The notes under the pieces: model-generated
The model's input: only the letters and a program-made list of their open reading frames with translations
Told to the model about the DNA's origin: nothing
Database searches by the model: none
Made by a program: the position numbers and the translations under genes
In this document: positions 15,270-19,510 of the stretch, in pieces
Numbering within the stretch: the first letter of the stretch is position 1
How the letters are laid out: the number at the start of each line of letters is the position of its first letter
NCBI GenBank assembly: GCA_041496385.1
Contig: JBGQEL010000080.1
Location: 1-19,510 of the forward strand
Length of the DNA stretch: 19,510 bases
Origin: Candidatus Methylomirabilia bacterium
GTDB taxonomy: Bacteria > Methylomirabilota > Methylomirabilia > Rokubacteriales > CSP1-6
Direction: 5' to 3'

Positions 15270-16783
15270 CGGGTCCTCACTTTCAGATCTTCATAGGGTG
15301 CCGAGTAGGAGAAGCCCTTGATGTGATCGACGCACGCCTCCTCGACCCGCGGCCCGATGCCCCAGAGGAACGCCAGCTCGAAGATGGGCACGTGCATCAC
15401 GCGGTCGTGCATGACCTGCTGGATCTGGTGGAGCAGGGCCTCGCGCTTCTTGCGGTCCAGCTCGCGGGCCTGGCGCTGGAAGAGGTCCTCGATCTCCGGC
15501 ACCACCCCGGACGAGTAGATGCCGTTCTTGGTCACGTAGACCTCGATGCGCGTCGCCGCGTTGCCGGCGGGCGCGCCGAGGCCCATGATGACGCCCTTGA
15601 GCTTCTTCTCGCGCCAGGCGGCCAGGAACGCGGCGCGCTCCATCGACCGCATGCGCGTCTTGATGCCCACCGCTTGCAGGTAGTTGACGAGCGCCTCGCC
15701 CATCGAGAAGAAGGGCGGGAACGGGGTGAAGTCGCCGGCGTCGAAGCCGTTCGGATAGCCCGCGTCGGCCAGGAGCTTCCGGGCCTGGGCGGCGTCGTAC
15801 GCGGGCGGCTCGTAGACCCGCGCGAATTCCAGCGTTCGCGGAATGAGGCCGCCGGTCGGGCGCGAGAGCCCGAGCGTCTCGGCCTGGTTGAGACCCTCAC
15901 GATCGACGGCGTGGCTGGCCGCCAGGCGCACGCGCCGATCGTGCCACGGAGACTTCGGATCCCACTGCTCCGGCATGTCGAGATAGGGCACGCCGGGCGG
16001 CCTGGATGCGACCAGCTTCAAGCCCGGTGTGCGCTTGACGTCCTGTGCCGTCGGGCCGCTCAGCAGATAGACGATGTCCACGTCGCCCGCCTTCAGCGCG
16101 GCGGCGCGGGTCGTCTCGTCGGACATGCTCCGGAACACGAGCCGCTTGACCGAGGGGACCTTGCGCCAGTAGCCCTCGAAGGCCTCCATCACCAGATCGA
16201 CCCCCGGGTTGAAGCTCACCACGCGGTACGGCCCGGCGCCCACCGGCGCCTTCAGAAACCCGTCGTCGCCCACCCTCTCCACGTACTTCTTCGGCACGAT
16301 CCACGCGGCCCCGGTGGCCGACGTCCCGTAGAAGGTCATGAAGTCGGGCCACGGCTCCTTCAGGATGAAGCGCACGCGGCCGGGATCGACGATCTGCACC
16401 TCGCGGACCCGCTCCTTCAGCAGTTTGGCCGCGGCGCCCCGATACCGCTCGAAGGAGAACTTGACGTCGTCCGCCGTCACGGGATCGCCGTTGTGGAACT
16501 TCACGCCGCGGCGCAGGACGAACTCGTAGGTGAGCCCGTCCTTCGACGCAGTCCACGACTCGGCCAGGCTCGGCGTGTTGTCCCCGGCGGGCATCGGCTT
16601 GACCAGCGCGTCGTGGATGGCGTAGAGGACCATGAACGGGTTGATGAACGCCTCGGTGTCGCTCGGGTCGAGCCATTTCGAGACCAGCGTCACGTGGAGG
16701 CCCCAGGTGAGCGTCCCCTCCGGCGCGGCGGCCGCGGGTGAGACCAGGGTGACGAGCAGCAGCAGGACGAGGGATGGTTTCAT
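15266..16783 (-). CDS. ABC transporter substrate-binding protein, family 5
   Basis: Signal peptide ending AAA, PSLAESWTASKDGLTYEFVLRRGVKFHNGDPVTADDVKFS signature, RBS GGAGG 16792-16788. Paralog of 1443-2984 and 3097-4638. Confidence 0.95.
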   Translation of the reverse strand: MKPSLVLLLLVTLVSPAAAAPEGTLTWGLHVTLVSKWLDPSDTEAFINPFMVLYAIHDALVKPMPAGDNTPSLAESWTASKDGLTYEFVLRRGVKFHNGDPVTADDVKFSFERYRGAAAKLLKERVREVQIVDPGRVRFILKEPWPDFMTFYGTSATGAAWIVPKKYVERVGDDGFLKAPVGAGPYRVVSFNPGVDLVMEAFEGYWRKVPSVKRLVFRSMSDETTRAAALKAGDVDIVYLLSGPTAQDVKRTPGLKLVASRPPGVPYLDMPEQWDPKSPWHDRRVRLAASHAVDREGLNQAETLGLSRPTGGLIPRTLEFARVYEPPAYDAAQARKLLADAGYPNGFDAGDFTPFPPFFSMGEALVNYLQAVGIKTRMRSMERAAFLAAWREKKLKGVIMGLGAPAGNAATRIEVYVTKNGIYSSGVVPEIEDLFQRQARELDRKKREALLHQIQQVMHDRVMHVPIFELAFLWGIGPRVEEACVDHIKGFSYSAPYEDLKVRTR

Positions 16784-16800
16784 AGCGCCTCCGGTCCGCG

Positions 16801-16807
16801 TATTGTA
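16801..16807. promoter_or_regulatory. Bidirectional promoter core: TATTGT (+) overlapping TACAAT (-)
   Basis: The 29-bp divergent gap contains tattgta. On +, the -10 is 6 nt before ATG 16813 (leaderless). On -, the -10 is followed by a short leader with GGAGG and ATG 16783. Confidence 0.7.
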
Positions 16808-16812
16808 GGGCC

Positions 16813-17655
16813 ATGGAATTCGGCGCGGCGATCTTCTTCACGGACTACTCCATCGGCCCGGCCGAGCTCGGCCGGGCGCTCGAGACGCGCGGGTTCGACT
16901 CGCTCTGGGCGCCCGAGCACTCCCACATCCCGCTGTCGCGCGCGTCGGCGTTCCCGCAGGGCGGCGAGCTGCCCAAGAAGTACTACGACGTCATGGATCC
17001 CTTCGTGACGCTGTCGGCCGCGGCCGCCGCCACCGCATCGCTGAAGGTCGCGACCGGTATCTGCCTCGTCGTCCAGCGCGACCCGATCCAGACGGCCAAG
17101 CAGGTGGCGAGCCTCGACCAGGTCTCGGGCGGCCGGTTCCTGTTCGGCATCGGCGCCGGCTGGAACGCCGAGGAGATGGCCGACCACGGCACCGACTTCG
17201 CGTCACGCTTCGAGGTGATGCGCGAGCGGGTCGAGGCCATGAAGCGGATCTGGACCAAATCCAAGCCGGAGTACGACGGCCGGTTCGTCACGTTCCCGCC
17301 GATGATGACGTGGCCCAAGCCCGTCCAGAAGCCGCATCCGCCCGTGATCGTGGGGGGCGCGTTCCCGTACGGCGCGCGGCGCGCGATCGCCTACGGGGAC
17401 GGCTGGCTGCCCCACGCGCGCCGCCCGGCCTATGGTGACGTGCTCGGCAAGCTGCCGGAGTTCCGCGCGATGGCGACCGCCGCCGGCCGCGACCCGGCCA
17501 CGATCCCCATCACGGTGTTCGGCGTGGCCGAGGACGCGGATCTCATCAAGCGCTATCGCGACGCCGGCGTCGCGCGGCTGGTCTTCAATTTGGCCCCGGC
17601 GAAGGCGGACGAGGTGCTGCCCGTGCTCGACCGCTGCGCGCGGCTCATGCGGTAG
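16813..17655 (+). CDS. LLM-class probable F420-dependent oxidoreductase (paralog of 13186-14025)
   Basis: LETRGFDSLWAPEHSHIP, MDPFVTLSAAAAAT..LKVATGICLVVQRDPIQTAKQVASLD..SGGRFLFGIGAGWNAEEMADHG, PKPVQKPHPPVIVGG. Confidence 0.93.
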   Translation: MEFGAAIFFTDYSIGPAELGRALETRGFDSLWAPEHSHIPLSRASAFPQGGELPKKYYDVMDPFVTLSAAAAATASLKVATGICLVVQRDPIQTAKQVASLDQVSGGRFLFGIGAGWNAEEMADHGTDFASRFEVMRERVEAMKRIWTKSKPEYDGRFVTFPPMMTWPKPVQKPHPPVIVGGAFPYGARRAIAYGDGWLPHARRPAYGDVLGKLPEFRAMATAAGRDPATIPITVFGVAEDADLIKRYRDAGVARLVFNLAPAKADEVLPVLDRCARLMR

Positions 17656-17708
17656 ACTCGAGCGGCATACTGCCCCCGGCCGTCACCCTGCGCGAAGGAG
17701 CTGCGATC

Positions 17709-17924
17709 ATGCCGAGAATCGCTCCGATCACCGGCAAGTCCGACGTCCCCGCCGAGCACGCGTGCGTCGTCGACGCCGTCGTCGACGTGTTCGGCGGTGT
17801 GCGCGGTCCGTTCAGCATCCTGCTCCACAGTCCCAAGCTCGCCGAGCGCGTGCTGGGCCTGGTGCGGTTCTTCCGCGACGAGAGCGTCGTCGAGGGCCGG
17901 CTGCGCTCCCTCGCGACCGCATGA
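17709..17924 (+). pseudogene. Truncated carboxymuconolactone decarboxylase / AhpD-like gene (N-terminal ~68 codons)
   Basis: Good RBS (GAAGGAG). MPRIAPITGKSDVPAEH..VVDAV..VFGGVRGPFSILLHSPKLAERV..L..FFRDESVVEGRLRSL resembles the N-terminus of CMD/AhpD-family proteins, but it stops (ATA*) where the conserved helix would begin, in an ATGA overlap with the next gene. Confidence 0.6.
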
Positions 17925-18346
17925 ACCTGAGCGACGAGCGGATCCAGCGATTCCTCGGCACGCGCTCGGTGGTGGTGCTGGCCACCCTGCAGGCCGACGG
18001 GGCACCGCTGGCCATGCCCATGTGGTTCCTGCACGATGCGGCGGAACTCGCGATGGTCAGCGTCGAGGGGACGCAGAAGGTCCGGAACCTGCGACGCGAT
18101 CCGCGCGTCTGCGTGGTGGCGGAGGCCGGGGGCGATCCCGCCGACGCGGGCGGCGTGCGCGGCGTATCGGCGCAGGGGCGCGTCGAGTTCGTGTCCGACG
18201 CGGCCGCGCGGCGCGCGCTGGCCGAGCGGTTCCTGGCGAAGTATTCCCCGCGCGTCGAGCGGCTGTGGGGCGGACGTCGCATGCCCGAGGATCGTGTCGT
18301 GTTCCGCATCGTGCCCGCGCGCGTGCGCGGCTGGGGCCTCGGGTGA
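17921..18346 (+). CDS. Pyridoxamine 5'-phosphate oxidase-like (PPOX-class / split beta-barrel FDOR) probable F420-dependent protein
   Basis: From ATG 17921: FLGTRSVVVLATLQADGAPLAMPMWF...TQKVRNLRRDPRVCVV...RGVSAQGRVE...RVVFRIVPARVRGWG, 141 aa. Confidence 0.9.
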   Translation: MNLSDERIQRFLGTRSVVVLATLQADGAPLAMPMWFLHDAAELAMVSVEGTQKVRNLRRDPRVCVVAEAGGDPADAGGVRGVSAQGRVEFVSDAAARRALAERFLAKYSPRVERLWGGRRMPEDRVVFRIVPARVRGWGLG

Positions 18347-18378
18347 GCGCCGCGGGCCCGCGGGAAGGAGGCGGCGCC

Positions 18379-19149
18379 ATGCGCCTGCAGGGACGGGTGG
18401 CGGCGATCACGGGCGGCGCGCTCGGCATCGGGCGCGCGACCGCGCGGCTCTTCGCGGCGGAGGGCGCCACGGTGGCGCTCGGCGACGTGGAGGTCACGGG
18501 CGCCGAGGCCGTGGCGAAAGAGATCGTCGAGGGCGGCGGCCGGGCGATCGCCGTCGGCGTGGACGTGGGCGACGCGGGCCAGGTCCAGGCCTTCGTCGAC
18601 CGGATCGTCGGCGAGCTCGGAAGCCTGGACGTGATGTTCGCCAACGCGGGGATCGCGCACTCGGCGCCGTTTCTCGAGCATCCGGAGACCCAGTGGCATC
18701 GCGTGCTGCGCGTCAACCTCACGGGGGTCTTTCTGTGCTGCCAGGCCGCCGCGCGCCAGATGGTCAAGCAGGGCGGCGGGCGCATCATCGCCACCGCGTC
18801 GATCAACGGCTTTCGCGGAGTCGAGAACCTCGTGGGCTACAACGTGGCCAAGGCGGGCGTGATCGAGCTGACGAAGACCATGGCCGTCGAGCTGGCGCAG
18901 CATCGCATCGCCGTGAACGCGATCGCCCCGGCCCAGATCGACACGCGGCTCACGCGGAGCCTTCCGGAGGACGCGCGGGCGCGCCGGCTCGCGCGGATCC
19001 CGATGGGCCGGTTCGGCGATGTCGACGAGGTGGCCCGGGCCGCGCTCTTCCTCGCCTCCGACGACGCCAGCTACATCACCGGCCACACCCTCGCGGTGGA
19101 CGGCGGCTATCTGGCGGGCGGTCTCTGGTCGGGCATACCGCGTCCGTGA
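18379..19149 (+). CDS. Short-chain dehydrogenase/reductase (classical SDR, FabG-like)
   Basis: RBS AAGGAGG, ATG 18379: MRLQGRVAAITGGALGIG, LDVMFANAGI, ASING, YNVAK catalytic motif, AVNAIAPAQIDT, ITGHTLAVDGG. Confidence 0.94.
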   Translation: MRLQGRVAAITGGALGIGRATARLFAAEGATVALGDVEVTGAEAVAKEIVEGGGRAIAVGVDVGDAGQVQAFVDRIVGELGSLDVMFANAGIAHSAPFLEHPETQWHRVLRVNLTGVFLCCQAAARQMVKQGGGRIIATASINGFRGVENLVGYNVAKAGVIELTKTMAVELAQHRIAVNAIAPAQIDTRLTRSLPEDARARRLARIPMGRFGDVDEVARAALFLASDDASYITGHTLAVDGGYLAGGLWSGIPRP

Positions 19150-19510
19150 TCGCCTCGGCGGACGTCGTGGTCATCGGCTCGGGCGCCTTCGGCGCGAGCG
19201 CGGCGTACCACCTGGCGCGCCGCGGCGCGCGCGTGGCGGTGCTCGAGCGCGCGGGGCTCGCCTCGCAGACCTCGCCGCGCGCGGCCGGGCTCTCGAGCCA
19301 GGTGCGCGCGACCCCGGCGCTCACCCGGCTCGCCCAGCGCGCGGTCGCGAAGCTCGCGGCGTTCTCCGACGAGACCGGCGAGCCGCTCCGCTTCACCCAG
19401 AGCGGCGCGCTGAAGATCGCGCGCACCGAGCGCGACGCTGAGCAGCTCGCCCGCGAGGTGGCGCGCGGCGCGGCCGCCGGGGTCGCGATCGACTTCGTCT
19501 CGGTCGCCGA
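19146..19510 (+). CDS. FAD-dependent oxidoreductase, DAO / sarcosine-oxidase-beta-like; 3' end runs off the window
   Basis: Not in the ORF track. GTG 19146 overlaps the SDR stop (GTGA). Hand translation: VIASADVVVIGSGAFGASAAYHLARRGARVAVLERAGLASQTSPRAAGL...F.QSGALKIART. Confidence 0.9.
   Translation, partial: MIASADVVVIGSGAFGASAAYHLARRGARVAVLERAGLASQTSPRAAGLSSQVRATPALTRLAQRAVAKLAAFSDETGEPLRFTQSGALKIARTERDAEQLAREVARGAAAGVAIDFVSVA

Noticed and set aside
1443..16783. Repeated DNA blocks among SBP genes (for example cgggatcgccgttgtggaacttcacgcc) as an array or diversity-generating template
   Set aside because: These are in-frame conserved motifs of paralogs. There is no regular spacing, reverse transcriptase, cas gene or adenine-specific variation that I could see.
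11247..16841. Long alternative-frame ORFs (646, 744, 583, 492 and 314 aa)
   Set aside because: All overlap well-supported genes in other frames or strands, have low-complexity R/G/P/A composition and show no recognisable domains.
13510..17195. 59-bp near-identical direct repeat (13510-13568 and 17137-17195, one mismatch) flanking two SBP genes
   Set aside because: It encodes the conserved LLM motif FLFGIGxGWNAEEMADHGT in two paralogs under strong codon bias. There are no mobile-element ends or recombinase. Gene conversion cannot be excluded but is not needed.

Overview
Very GC-rich, gene-dense chromosomal window with 19 coding regions and no RNA genes, CRISPR array or mobile element that I can support. 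The gene mix is five stand-alone ABC substrate-binding proteins, three LLM-class and one PPOX-class probable F420-dependent oxidoreductases, a DGPF/YciI + ECF42-type sigma pair, a pirin, a 3-hydroxyisobutyrate-dehydrogenase-family enzyme, an SDR, a DAO-family flavoprotein and a lipoprotein amidase. This mix resembles Candidatus Rokubacteria (Methylomirabilota), which is my inference. The most notable element is a translationally coupled mtoX-like (SBP56/methanethiol oxidase) + SCO copper-chaperone pair. It keeps the His copper ligands and the C-terminal Trp, but has Tyr at the position that appears to match the other TTQ-forming Trp, and it has no adjacent mauG, so it may use a different, MauG-independent cofactor. 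At DNA level, every divergent intergenic region carries a strand-symmetric TANNNTA double -10 element, three genes look leaderless, an ECF42-type promoter precedes the DGPF gene, and an AhpD/CMD-like gene is truncated.
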